A stretch of DNA of 50,411 bases from Thermoanaerobaculia bacterium (lineage in GTDB: Bacteria > Acidobacteriota > Thermoanaerobaculia > Multivoradales > UBA5704): contig DATMZM010000147.1 of the NCBI GenBank assembly GCA_035607445.1, positions 1 through 50,411 on the forward strand. The letters run 5' to 3'. The number at the start of each line of letters is the position of its first letter. Position 1 is the stretch's first letter. Below are positions 1-8,591 of this stretch, piece by piece. The notes below the pieces were generated by a model that made no database searches, was not told the origin of the DNA, and saw only the letters and a list, made by a program, of their open reading frames with translations. Position numbers and translations under genes: made by a program.

Positions 1-126
1 GAGGCGCGTCGACGAGCGCTCGACGACCTCCGCCCGCTCGGCGATCACCGTGCCGTTCCGGCCGATCGCGACGCTGACGAGCGGCGAGCCGCTGTCGAGG
101 GCGAGAAGGGGTCCCGAAGCGCTCAC
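1..126 (-). CDS. tsaB: TsaB/YeaZ-like tRNA t6A biosynthesis protein, N-terminal fragment (gene runs off the left edge)
   Basis: The reverse complement from the GTG at 126 reads VSASGPLLALDSGSPLVSVAIGRNGTVIAERAEVVERSSTRL. This fits the usual TsaB N-terminus (ALDTS..L.SVA.....V.AER). GTGA overlap with the rarA stop. Confidence 0.5.
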   Translation of the reverse strand, partial: MSASGPLLALDSGSPLVSVAIGRNGTVIAERAEVVERSSTRL

Positions 127-1517
127 GACCCGAGGCTCCGCTTGTCCCGCGCCTTCTCCCGCAGCTCCCGGAACGCCTCCATCCGCTCCCTCAATTGCGC
201 TTCGAAGCCGTCGCCCTTGGGCTCGTAGAAGCGCGTCCCGGCGATCGCCTCCGGCAGGCAGTCGAGCCCCGCCGTCCCCTCTTCGGTGTCGGGAGCGTAG
301 ACGTAGCCTCGGCCGTAGCCGAGGCCGGCCATCAAGCGGGTGGGGGCGTTGCGGATCACCGGGGGGACCGGGTCGGCCGGGCGCTGCTCGATCGTCTTCT
401 TGACCTGTCCGTAGGCCGAGTAGACGGCGTTGCTCTTCGGCGCGAGCGCGAGATAGAGGCAGGACTGGGCGAGGGCGAGCTCGCCTTCGGGAGTGCCGAG
501 GCGGTGGTAGGCGTCGGCCGCGGCGAGGGCCTGCGGCAGGGCGTTCGGGTCGGCCAGGCCGATGTCCTCGCTCGCGAAGCGGATCATCCGGCGGGCGAGG
601 TAGAGCGGCTCCTCGCCGGCTTCGAGCATGCGGCCGAGCCAGTAGAGGGCGGCGTCGGGGTCGCTGTCGCGCAGCGACTTGTGGAGCGCCGAGATGAGGT
701 TGAAGTGCTCCTCGCCGGACTTGTCGTAGAGGAGGACCTTGCGCTGGGCGACGCGGACGACCGATTCCGCGGTGATCCGGCGGGCTTCCGGCTCCGTGGA
801 GTCGGCCGCGTCCGCCGCGTCGGCGACCGCCAGCTCCAGGAGGTTGAGCGCCTTCCGGGCATCGCCCGAGGCGAGCTGGGCGAGGCTTTCGAGCGCCGCG
901 CCGTCCGCCTGGGCTCCGGACCGGCCCAGCCCGCGCTCCGGATCGGCGAGCGCGCGCCGCAAGAGGTCGGCGAGCTGCTCGGGGCGGAGCGGCTCCAAGA
1001 CCACCACCCGGCAGCGGGAGAGGAGCGCGGCGTTGATCTGAAACGACGGGTTCTCCGTCGTCGCGCCGACGAGCACGATGTCGCCGCGCTCGACGTAGGG
1101 CAGGAAGGCGTCCTGCTGGGCGCGGTTGAAGCGGTGGATCTCGTCGACGAAGAGGAGGGTGCGCTGGCCGCGGCGGCGGCGGTGCTCCGCCGCCTCGGCC
1201 ATCACCTCCTTGACCTCCTTGATGCCCGAGGTGACGGCGGAGAACGGCACGAAGCGCGCAGAGGTCGCCGCGGCGATCACCCGCGCGAGCGTCGTCTTGC
1301 CGCTCCCCGGAGGACCCCAGAAGACGAGCGACGGCACGCGGTCCGCCTCGATCGCGCGGCGGAGGAACCCGCCGGGGCCGACGATCGCCTCCTGGCCGAC
1401 GATCTCGTCGAGGCTCCGCGGGCGCATCCGCTCGGGCAGCGGCGCCCCGGGATCGAAAGCGGCCTCCGCCGCGGGCGCGCCGCGGGGTGGATCCTGATCG
1501 TCGAAGAGGGTCGCCAT
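123..1517 (-). CDS. rarA: replication-associated recombination protein A (AAA+ ATPase RarA/MgsA)
   Basis: 464 aa. Walker A GPPGSGKTT, Walker B LLFVDEIHRFN, and the MgsA C-terminal region (HFNLISALHKSLRDSDPDAALYWL) are all present. Confidence 0.92.
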   Translation of the reverse strand: MATLFDDQDPPRGAPAAEAAFDPGAPLPERMRPRSLDEIVGQEAIVGPGGFLRRAIEADRVPSLVFWGPPGSGKTTLARVIAAATSARFVPFSAVTSGIKEVKEVMAEAAEHRRRRGQRTLLFVDEIHRFNRAQQDAFLPYVERGDIVLVGATTENPSFQINAALLSRCRVVVLEPLRPEQLADLLRRALADPERGLGRSGAQADGAALESLAQLASGDARKALNLLELAVADAADAADSTEPEARRITAESVVRVAQRKVLLYDKSGEEHFNLISALHKSLRDSDPDAALYWLGRMLEAGEEPLYLARRMIRFASEDIGLADPNALPQALAAADAYHRLGTPEGELALAQSCLYLALAPKSNAVYSAYGQVKKTIEQRPADPVPPVIRNAPTRLMAGLGYGRGYVYAPDTEEGTAGLDCLPEAIAGTRFYEPKGDGFEAQLRERMEAFRELREKARDKRSLGS

Positions 1518-1641
1518 CTCCGGGACGAGTCTACAGGCTGGGCATCGCCACCCCGTAACGACCTCAGCGGATGTGCCAAGGTTGCCCTGAGGCTCCAGAG
1601 ACTCTGTGGGCCGTCGGAGTCATTCTCTCGAGCCGCCCCAT

Positions 1642-1872
1642 CGCTCTATTGGACGATCCAATGACTCTCTTGGATCGTCCAATCACTCTATGGAGCCGTC
1701 GAACGACTCTTCGGGGCTTCCCCACCACTCTATTGAACGACCCAGCGACTCTATTGAACCGTCCAACGACTCATTTGAACGATCCAGCGACTCTCTTGGA
1801 TCGTCCAATCACTCTATTGAACGACCCAACGACTCTATTGGACGTTCCAGCGACTGATTTTGGACCTCCAGC
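1642..1872. repeat. tandem array of 11 x 21-bp units, consensus about GACTCTATTGRACGWYCCAAC, each with a TTGGA-N3-TCCAA-type palindrome
   Basis: Read directly: units start at 1642, 1663, 1684, 1705, 1726, 1747, 1768, 1789, 1810, 1831 and 1852. Units 2 and 8 are identical; units 5 and 9 differ by 1 nt. Local GC is about 48% in a roughly 70% GC background. Lies between the stop of the upstream minus-strand gene (1940) and the rarA start (1517). Confidence 0.9.
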
Positions 1873-1939
1873 CGCGCCATCGGCCAGCCCGGCGGCTCCA
1901 TGGTGCTTCCAACTCGTCCCGCGGGCGGTCCAGCTGCGC

Positions 1940-2605
1940 CTACCGGCTCTCCGGCGGCTCCTCGCCCGGGACCAGGCCGAGCTCTTTCGCCCGCCGGCGG
2001 ACCTGGTAGGCCTCGCGGGTCTCCTGGAAGCGGAAGCGCTGCTCGCTCCAGGGATCGCCGTAGGCGTGGTAGCCGTTCTCCTCCCAGAAGCCGCGGCGAT
2101 CCTCGGCCAGGAGCTCGACGCCGTTGACCCACTTGCCGCTCTTCCAGGCGTAGAGATGGGGGACGATCAGGCGCAGCGGCCCGCCGTGGTCGCGGGGGAG
2201 GTGCCGGCCGTTCCAGGTATCGACGAAGAGAGCGCGCTCCGAGAGGAAGTCCTCGAGCGGCAGGTTGGTCGTGTAGCCGCCGTCGCAGTGGATCATCACG
2301 TGCGTGGCGTCCGGAAGCACGCTCGCCTGCGCGAGAAGATTGCGGGTCGAGAAGCCCTCCCAAAGGTTGTCGAGGGTCGAGAAGCGGGTCACGCAGTGAA
2401 AATCGGCGGTGACGCGTGCCCGCGGCAGCGCCTTGAGCTCGAGCCAGCCGAGCTCGACCTCCTTTTCGACCCGCCCGAAGAGGCGCAGGCGCCAGTCGGC
2501 GGACTTGGTGTCCGGCACCGGGCCGTAGGTCAGGACCGGCCACTTGTTCGTCACGTACTGGCCGGGCGGCACGCGATCGTCGCCGGTGTGGGGGATGTCG
2601 TCCAA
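1940..2605 (-). CDS. sulfite oxidase-like molybdopterin-binding oxidoreductase (YedY/MsrP-like catalytic domain)
   Basis: 221 aa. FHCVTRFS, HCDGGYTTNLP and PLRLIVPHLYAWKSGKWV are typical of the oxidoreductase molybdopterin-binding fold. TTG start at 2605 with AAGGAG 7 nt upstream. Confidence 0.8.
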   Translation of the reverse strand: MDDIPHTGDDRVPPGQYVTNKWPVLTYGPVPDTKSADWRLRLFGRVEKEVELGWLELKALPRARVTADFHCVTRFSTLDNLWEGFSTRNLLAQASVLPDATHVMIHCDGGYTTNLPLEDFLSERALFVDTWNGRHLPRDHGGPLRLIVPHLYAWKSGKWVNGVELLAEDRRGFWEENGYHAYGDPWSEQRFRFQETREAYQVRRRAKELGLVPGEEPPESR

Positions 2606-2718
2606 TCGCGGTCTCCTTGAGCTAGGCTATGGCCGAACCCAGCTGAAATCCAGCTGCTATCAGCCGTCGTCGGTCGGCCGCAGCCCGGCGCGACCGGCGG
2701 CCGCGAAAGGAGCTTCCC

Positions 2719-3654
2719 ATGCCTCTCCGCATCCGGACCGTCCCGTCCGTTCTCGCCCTCACCTTCCTGTCCGTCCTCCCGGCCGGCGCCCAGGCGACCC
2801 GCACCTGGGTCTCCGGGGTCGGCGACGACGCCAACCCGTGCAGTCGGACCGCGCCGTGCAAGACCTTCGCCGGAACGATCAGCAAGACCGCGGCCGGCGG
2901 GGAGATCAACGTCCTCGATCCGGGCGGCTTCGGCGGCGTCACGATCACCAAGTCGATCTCGATCATCTCCGAGAAGTTCGAGGCGGGCGTTCTCGTCACG
3001 GGCACCAACGCCATCATCGTCAATGCCGGCGCGAACGACTCGGTGGTCCTCCGCGGCCTCGACATCGAAGGTCTCGGCTCAGGCCTGAACGGAATCCGCT
3101 TCCTCGCCGGCCTCTCGCTCACCGTCGAGCACTGCACGATCAACAACTTCGCCCAGAAGGGGATCTCCATGGAGACGTCGGCCAAGTCGCGCCTGATCGT
3201 CACCGACACCGAGATCCGCAACAACGCGAACGCGGTCGACGGCGGTGGCATCTTCGTGCGCCCGGCGGTCAGCGGCGGACCGATCGTCTCGACCGTCGCG
3301 CTCGACCGCGTGCGCTTGTTGCGCAACACCTTCGGCCTGCGCATCGAGGAGAACGTGCGAGCCACGGTGCGCGACTCCTACGCCTTCAACAACACCAACG
3401 ACGGGTTCGCCGCGGTCGGCGCGACCCTCAATCCGGCGCTCTTCCTCGCCCGCTCGATCTCCTCGTTCAACAGCAGCGCCGGGCTGCGCTCGGAGGGGAC
3501 CGCGACGGCGCGGATCAGCGAGTCGAGCTTCACCGGCAACGGCACCGGCCTCCTGTCCTCGGGCGGCGGGATCATCCTCTCCTTCGGCACCAACGACAAC
3601 GACGGCAACTCGACGAACGGGGCGCCGACGGCGGCCGTGATCCCCCGGCAGTGA
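2719..3654 (+). CDS. secreted right-handed parallel beta-helix repeat protein (paralog 1)
   Basis: 311 aa. Signal peptide ending AGAQA/TRTW. Conserved TWVSGVGDDANPCSRTAPCKTFAGxISKTAxGGEINV head. Repeated G/N/T-rich roughly 22-aa turns. AAAGGAG RBS. Confidence 0.8.
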   Translation: MPLRIRTVPSVLALTFLSVLPAGAQATRTWVSGVGDDANPCSRTAPCKTFAGTISKTAAGGEINVLDPGGFGGVTITKSISIISEKFEAGVLVTGTNAIIVNAGANDSVVLRGLDIEGLGSGLNGIRFLAGLSLTVEHCTINNFAQKGISMETSAKSRLIVTDTEIRNNANAVDGGGIFVRPAVSGGPIVSTVALDRVRLLRNTFGLRIEENVRATVRDSYAFNNTNDGFAAVGATLNPALFLARSISSFNSSAGLRSEGTATARISESSFTGNGTGLLSSGGGIILSFGTNDNDGNSTNGAPTAAVIPRQ

Positions 3655-4036
3655 TCCCGGCCGGCGCCGCTCCCGCCCGGGACGCGGCGCCGCCCGCCTC
3701 CGCGCGATCCGCAAAGCCCGGTGGAGCCGGCCGGCCCCGGGCTGATAGAATCCCTCCAGGTCTCTACTCCCGTCTCCCCGCGGCGGCTCGCCTCGCCGTA
3801 CCCTTCGCCCCTCGTCGTCACCGGACCTCGCGCTCGCTTCCGGCCCGCCCCGCTCGGGCGGACCGGCGTTCAGGGAGATCGGAGCCGTGCGATTTCGAGC
3901 CTGCATTTCGCTCCGCCGGCCTCGCGCCCGGAGGTGATTTCAAATCGGATGTAGCGCCGGGGCCCCGTCCCGCGCCTATCTGCCAGTTCCTCGACGATCG
4001 GCCGCAGGGGTCGCTCGTCATCTCAAGGAGATCGTC

Positions 4037-4972
4037 ATGCGTTCTGCCTCCACCTACCGTGCCCTCGCTTCCTTCGCCTTGGCCCTCGCCGTCGCCGGCG
4101 GCGCCCATGCCCAGGCCACCCGGACCTGGGTGTCCGGTGTCGGCGACGACGCCAACCCGTGCAGCCGGACCGCGCCGTGCAAGACCTTCGCCGGCGCGAT
4201 CAGCAAGACCGCCACCGGCGGCGAGATCAACGTCATCGATCCGGGCGGCTTCGGCGGGGTGACCATCACCAAGTCGATCACCATCTCCGCCGAGGGCCCG
4301 ACGGCCGGCGTCCTCGTCTCGGGCACCAACGCCATCATCGTCAACGCTCCCTCGAACGCCGTCATCACCCTCCGCGGCCTCGACATCGAGGGCCTGGGCA
4401 CCGGGCTGAACGGCATCCGCTTCTTGGCCGGCGCCACGCTCCACGTCGAGAAGTGCCTGATCCACGACTTCACCCAGTTCGGCATCGACTTCGAGCCGAC
4501 CAACGCCTCGCAGCTGTTCGTCATCGACTCGGTGATCTTCAACAACGTCAGCCCGTCGGGCGGCGGCATCCTGGTCAAGCCGGGCGTCGGCGGCTCGACG
4601 ATCGGCTCGCTCGATCGCGTGCGCCTGGAGCGCAACAACTTCGGCCTGAGCATCCAGGGCCTGGTCAACATGGCGGCCCGCGACAGCGCCGCGACGGCCA
4701 ACACGACGCACGGCTTCCTCGCGACCTCGACCGCGGGCGCGGGCGGCCTGATGCTCGACAACTCGAGCGCGCTCGCGAACGGCATGGCCGGCGCGCGCTC
4801 CGACGGCGGCGGCGTCGCGGGGACCACCGTGCGGATCGCGAACTCGACCTTCTTCGGCAACGCCACGGGCCTCCAGACGGCGGCGAGCGGCACCATCATC
4901 TCGAGCGGCGGCAACCACAACGACGGCAACGGCACGAACGGGGCGCCGACCTCGACGGTCCTGCCGCAGTAA
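4037..4972 (+). CDS. secreted right-handed parallel beta-helix repeat protein (paralog 2)
   Basis: Also 311 aa, collinear with 2719-3654. Signal peptide ending AHAQA/TRTW. AAGGAG RBS. The first ~60 mature residues are nearly identical to paralog 1. Confidence 0.8.
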   Translation: MRSASTYRALASFALALAVAGGAHAQATRTWVSGVGDDANPCSRTAPCKTFAGAISKTATGGEINVIDPGGFGGVTITKSITISAEGPTAGVLVSGTNAIIVNAPSNAVITLRGLDIEGLGTGLNGIRFLAGATLHVEKCLIHDFTQFGIDFEPTNASQLFVIDSVIFNNVSPSGGGILVKPGVGGSTIGSLDRVRLERNNFGLSIQGLVNMAARDSAATANTTHGFLATSTAGAGGLMLDNSSALANGMAGARSDGGGVAGTTVRIANSTFFGNATGLQTAASGTIISSGGNHNDGNGTNGAPTSTVLPQ

Positions 4973-4980
4973 CCTTTCCG

Positions 4981-5016
4981 GGCGGCCTCGGAACCACCGC
5001 GTCCGAGGCCGCCTTT
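4981..5016 (+). terminator. rho-independent terminator after beta-helix paralog 2
   Basis: Perfect 12-bp stem GGCGGCCTCGGA (4981-4992) / TCCGAGGCCGCC (5002-5013), 9-nt loop, followed by TTT. Confidence 0.65.
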
Positions 5017-5179
5017 CGAGGACCGACAGCAGGCTGACGCCGGCGTGGCTGGCCCGCGGGTCGATTCGATCCTCCGGGGCGGCCGCGCCCGTATTTGGAG
5101 GTGAACGGCCGGTTCGGTAACCTTGGGCTCGCCGCCGCACCGGGCGGCCGAACCGTTTTCCGCGCAAAGGAGCAGCCCC

Positions 5180-6463
5180 ATGCCCTCGACGACCGCGCTC
5201 GACCTCTCGCCCCCGGCCGTCGCCCAGGAAGGGGTCAGCTCGCTCGCCTACCACCTGATCGGCTCGGAGATCCTGCGCATCGCGGGCGAAGTGCGCATCC
5301 TGCGCGACCAGGGGGAGCCGATCTGCGACCTGACCGTCGGCGACTTCTCGCCCCAGCAGTTCCGCATTCCCGGCGCGCTCGAGCACGCGGTGGCGCGCGC
5401 CCTCGCCGCCGGGGAGACCAACTATCCGCCGTCCGACGGCATCCCGGCGTTGCGCCGCGCGGTGGTCTCGTTCTACGAGGCCGCTCTCGGCTTGCCCTAT
5501 CCGATCGACGGCGTGGGCATCGCCTCCGGCGCGCGGCCGGTCCTCTGGGCGACCTACCAGACGGTGATCGATCCCGGCGACCGGGTCGTCTTCCCGATCC
5601 CGTCCTGGAACAACAACCATTACTGCCATCTGACCGGCGCCGAGGGAGTGCCGGTCGAGACCCATCCCGAAGCCGGCTTCCTGCCGACGGCTCACGATCT
5701 CGCGCCCCATCTCCGCGGCGCGCGCCTCCTGGTCCTCAACAGCCCTTTGAACCCGGCCGGCACCGGCTTTCACCGCGACGAGCTCGGCCGGATCGCGGAG
5801 CTCGTGGTGGCCGAGAACCGGCGGCGCGGCGGCGCCGAGCGGCCGCTCTTCCTGCTCTTCGACCAGATCTATTGGCTGCTCGCCGCCGGCTCGGCGCCCC
5901 ATTTCACGCCGGTCGGCCTGGTGCCGGAAGCGGCGCGCTACACGATTTTCGTCGACGGCATCAGCAAGGCGTTCGCGGCCACCGGCCTGCGCGTCGGCTG
6001 GGCGGTCGGACCGGGCTACCTGATGTCGCGCATGCGCGACCTGGTCGGGCACCTGGGCGCCTGGGCGCCTCGCCCCGAGCAGGTGGCGACCGCCGAGGTC
6101 CTGGCCGATCCGGCGGCGGTCGAGCCGCTCGTCGCGCCGATCCGCGCCGGCGTGATCGCGCGCTTGGAAGCGCTCCACGCGGGCCTTTCGGCGCTCGCCG
6201 CCGACGGGCTGCCGGTCTCGGCCCTGCCTCCCGCCGGCGGCCTCTATCTCTCGGCCCGCTTCGACCTGCTCGAGCGCTTCGGCAGCGACCAGGGCATCCG
6301 CCGCTTCCTGCTCGAAAAGGCCGGTTTCGCCGCCGTTCCCTTCCGCGCCTTCGGCTATCCGCACGACTCGGGGTGGTTCCGCTTGAGCGTCGGCGCGGTG
6401 GGCCTCGAAGCGATCGAGGCCGCCATGCCGCGGTTGCGCGCGGCCTTCGCGGGGCTCGATTGA
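5180..6463 (+). CDS. class I/II PLP-dependent aminotransferase (aspartate aminotransferase family)
   Basis: NSPLNPAGTGF and the PLP-lysine context SKAFAATGLRVGW. Start moved to the ATG at 5180, which has AAAGGAG 8 nt upstream (the track ORF starts at 5123). Confidence 0.85.
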   Translation: MPSTTALDLSPPAVAQEGVSSLAYHLIGSEILRIAGEVRILRDQGEPICDLTVGDFSPQQFRIPGALEHAVARALAAGETNYPPSDGIPALRRAVVSFYEAALGLPYPIDGVGIASGARPVLWATYQTVIDPGDRVVFPIPSWNNNHYCHLTGAEGVPVETHPEAGFLPTAHDLAPHLRGARLLVLNSPLNPAGTGFHRDELGRIAELVVAENRRRGGAERPLFLLFDQIYWLLAAGSAPHFTPVGLVPEAARYTIFVDGISKAFAATGLRVGWAVGPGYLMSRMRDLVGHLGAWAPRPEQVATAEVLADPAAVEPLVAPIRAGVIARLEALHAGLSALAADGLPVSALPPAGGLYLSARFDLLERFGSDQGIRRFLLEKAGFAAVPFRAFGYPHDSGWFRLSVGAVGLEAIEAAMPRLRAAFAGLD

Positions 6464-6482
6464 GGCTCCGGAGCCTCCGGTC

Positions 6483-8582
6483 TTGAGCGTCGGCATGCTG
6501 CCGGACGCCGGTCCCGCGTTCCTCGACGAGCACGAGACGACGCGCCGCTCGCTCGCCCTCCTGCGCTCGACCCTCGAGTCGACCGCCGACGGCATCCTGG
6601 TCGTCGATCGCGACGGGCGGATGGTCTCGTTCAATCGCCGGTTCGCGCAGATGTGGGGGATCCCGGGAGAGATCCTCGACAGCCGCGACGACAGGAAGGC
6701 GCTCGCCTACGTGACCGACCAGCTGGTCGAGCCGGAGGGCTTCGAGCGCAAGGTGCGCGAGCTCTATGCCGATCCGCTCGGCGAGTCGTTCGACGTCCTC
6801 CTGTTTCGGGACGGCCGGGTGTTCGAGCGCTATTCGATCCCGCTGCTCGCGGACGGCCAGGCGGACGGCCGGGTCTGGAGCTTCCGCGACGCGAGCGAGC
6901 GCCGGCGCGCGGAGGAGGCCCTGCGCGCGTCCGAGGAGCGCTACCGGAGCCTCTTCGAGCGCCACGTCGCGGGCATCTTCCGCAACGCCGTGGACGGCAG
7001 GATCCTCGACTGCAACGACGCCTACGCGCACCTCCTCGGCTACGGCTCGCGCTGGGACCTGATCGGGCGCAACGCCTTCGAGTTCTTCTCGGATCCGGCC
7101 TTGCGCGAAGAGGCGATCCGCGAGCTGCGCGAGCGGCGCAGCTTCTCCGACCGCGAGCTGTGCCTCAGGCGGCGCGACGGCACGCCGGTCTGGGTCTCGG
7201 CGACGACCAGCCTGCGCTGGGACGTCGACAGCGGAGCCGACTGCCTGGAAGGGGCGATGGTCGACATCACGCGGCGCAAGGAGGCCGAGCGCCAGATCCT
7301 CCACCAGGCGCACCACGACGCGCTCACCGGGCTGCCGAACCGCACCTTCTTCCTCGAGCGCCTCGGCGAAGCGCTCGAGGGGGCCGCCGCGCGGGATCGC
7401 CGCCCCGGCGTCCTGTTCCTCGACCTCGACCAGTTCAAGAGGGTCAACGACACCCTCGGCCACAGCGCCGGCGACCGGCTGCTCCAGCAGGTGGCGGCTC
7501 GCCTGCTGGCGGTGGCCGGGCCCGAGGACACGGTGGCGCGCGTCGGGGGCGACGAGTTCATCCTGCTCGTGCCCGCGATCGCCGAGGTGCGCCAGGCGGA
7601 GGAGCTCGCGGGCCGGATCCTGCGCGCGATCGAGGAGCCGATCGAGATCGCCGGCCGCCGGCTGTTCGTCACGACGAGCCTCGGGATCAGCCTGTTTCCC
7701 ACCGACGGCGCCGACGCCGAGGCCCTGCTGACGAGCGCCGACGTCGCGATGTATCGCGCCAAGGAGCTCGGCCGCAACGGCTATCAACTCTGCTCGGCCG
7801 ACCTGTCCGCGCGCGTCTTCGCCCGCCTGACGCTCGAGAGCGAGCTGCGCCTGGCGCTCGAGCGGCGGGAGTTCGACCTCTTCTACCAGCCGCAGCTCGA
7901 CGTGGCGAGCGGGCGGGCGGTGGGGTTCGAGGCCCTTTTACGCTGGCGCCATCCGGAGCGCGGCTTGGTGCCGCCCGACGAGTTCGTGGCGGCGGCCGAG
8001 AGCTCGTTTCTGATCGACGCCCTCGGCCGCTGGGCGCTCTCGACAGCCTGCCGCCAGATCGTGGCCTGGGACGTGCCCGACCTGCGCCTGGCCGTCAACC
8101 TCTCGCCCCACCAGCTGGTCCGCGGCGACCTGCTGGCGACGATCGACGCGATCCTCGAGGAGACGGGCATGCCCCCGGAGCGCCTCGACCTCGAGATCAC
8201 CGAGAGCGCCGCGGTCGCCGAGATCGCGGCGACGTCCGAGCTGCTCTCGTCGCTGCGCCGGCGCGGCATTCGCATCGCGATCGACGACTTCGGCGCCGGC
8301 CACGCGTCGCTCTCGTACCTGCGGCAGCTGCCGCTCGACGCGCTCAAGATCGACCGCGAGTTCGTGCGCGGCATCGACGAGGGGCGGCAAGGGGTGGCGA
8401 TCGTCACCGCGATCATCGAGCTCGCCCACGGCCTCGGCTTGCAGGTGATCGCCGAAGGGGTCGAGACCGAGCGCCAGCTCGAGCTCCTGAGCGCCCGCGG
8501 CTGCGACCTGTTCCAGGGCTACCTCGCCGCGGCCCCGCTTCCGAGCGGCGACGCCGAGCGCTGGTTTCGCCTGCGGCGGTGA
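6483..8582 (+). CDS. PAS-PAS-GGDEF-EAL c-di-GMP signalling protein
   Basis: Two PAS-like segments, then GGDEF (RVGGDEFILL), then EAL-domain motifs (FEALLRW, DDFGAGHASLSYL, KIDREFV, EGVET, QGY). Start is the TTG at 6483 or the ATG at 6495. Confidence 0.88.
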   Translation: MSVGMLPDAGPAFLDEHETTRRSLALLRSTLESTADGILVVDRDGRMVSFNRRFAQMWGIPGEILDSRDDRKALAYVTDQLVEPEGFERKVRELYADPLGESFDVLLFRDGRVFERYSIPLLADGQADGRVWSFRDASERRRAEEALRASEERYRSLFERHVAGIFRNAVDGRILDCNDAYAHLLGYGSRWDLIGRNAFEFFSDPALREEAIRELRERRSFSDRELCLRRRDGTPVWVSATTSLRWDVDSGADCLEGAMVDITRRKEAERQILHQAHHDALTGLPNRTFFLERLGEALEGAAARDRRPGVLFLDLDQFKRVNDTLGHSAGDRLLQQVAARLLAVAGPEDTVARVGGDEFILLVPAIAEVRQAEELAGRILRAIEEPIEIAGRRLFVTTSLGISLFPTDGADAEALLTSADVAMYRAKELGRNGYQLCSADLSARVFARLTLESELRLALERREFDLFYQPQLDVASGRAVGFEALLRWRHPERGLVPPDEFVAAAESSFLIDALGRWALSTACRQIVAWDVPDLRLAVNLSPHQLVRGDLLATIDAILEETGMPPERLDLEITESAAVAEIAATSELLSSLRRRGIRIAIDDFGAGHASLSYLRQLPLDALKIDREFVRGIDEGRQGVAIVTAIIELAHGLGLQVIAEGVETERQLELLSARGCDLFQGYLAAAPLPSGDAERWFRLRR

Positions 8583-8591
8583 GCCCCGCCG

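Noticed and set aside
1571-2620. ORFs reading through the 21-bp array as heptad-repeat proteins (TLLDRPI.. / NDSIERS..)
   Set aside because: 21 bp is divisible by 3, so any frame stays open by construction. There is no RBS and no G/C third-position bias in the array. The longer ORF continues antisense through the molybdopterin oxidoreductase gene.
3818-6634. 938-aa minus-strand ORF over beta-helix paralog 2 and the aminotransferase
   Set aside because: It is antisense to two genes with clear signal peptide and PLP motifs. Composition is dominated by R/A/G/P. No RBS or recognisable domain.
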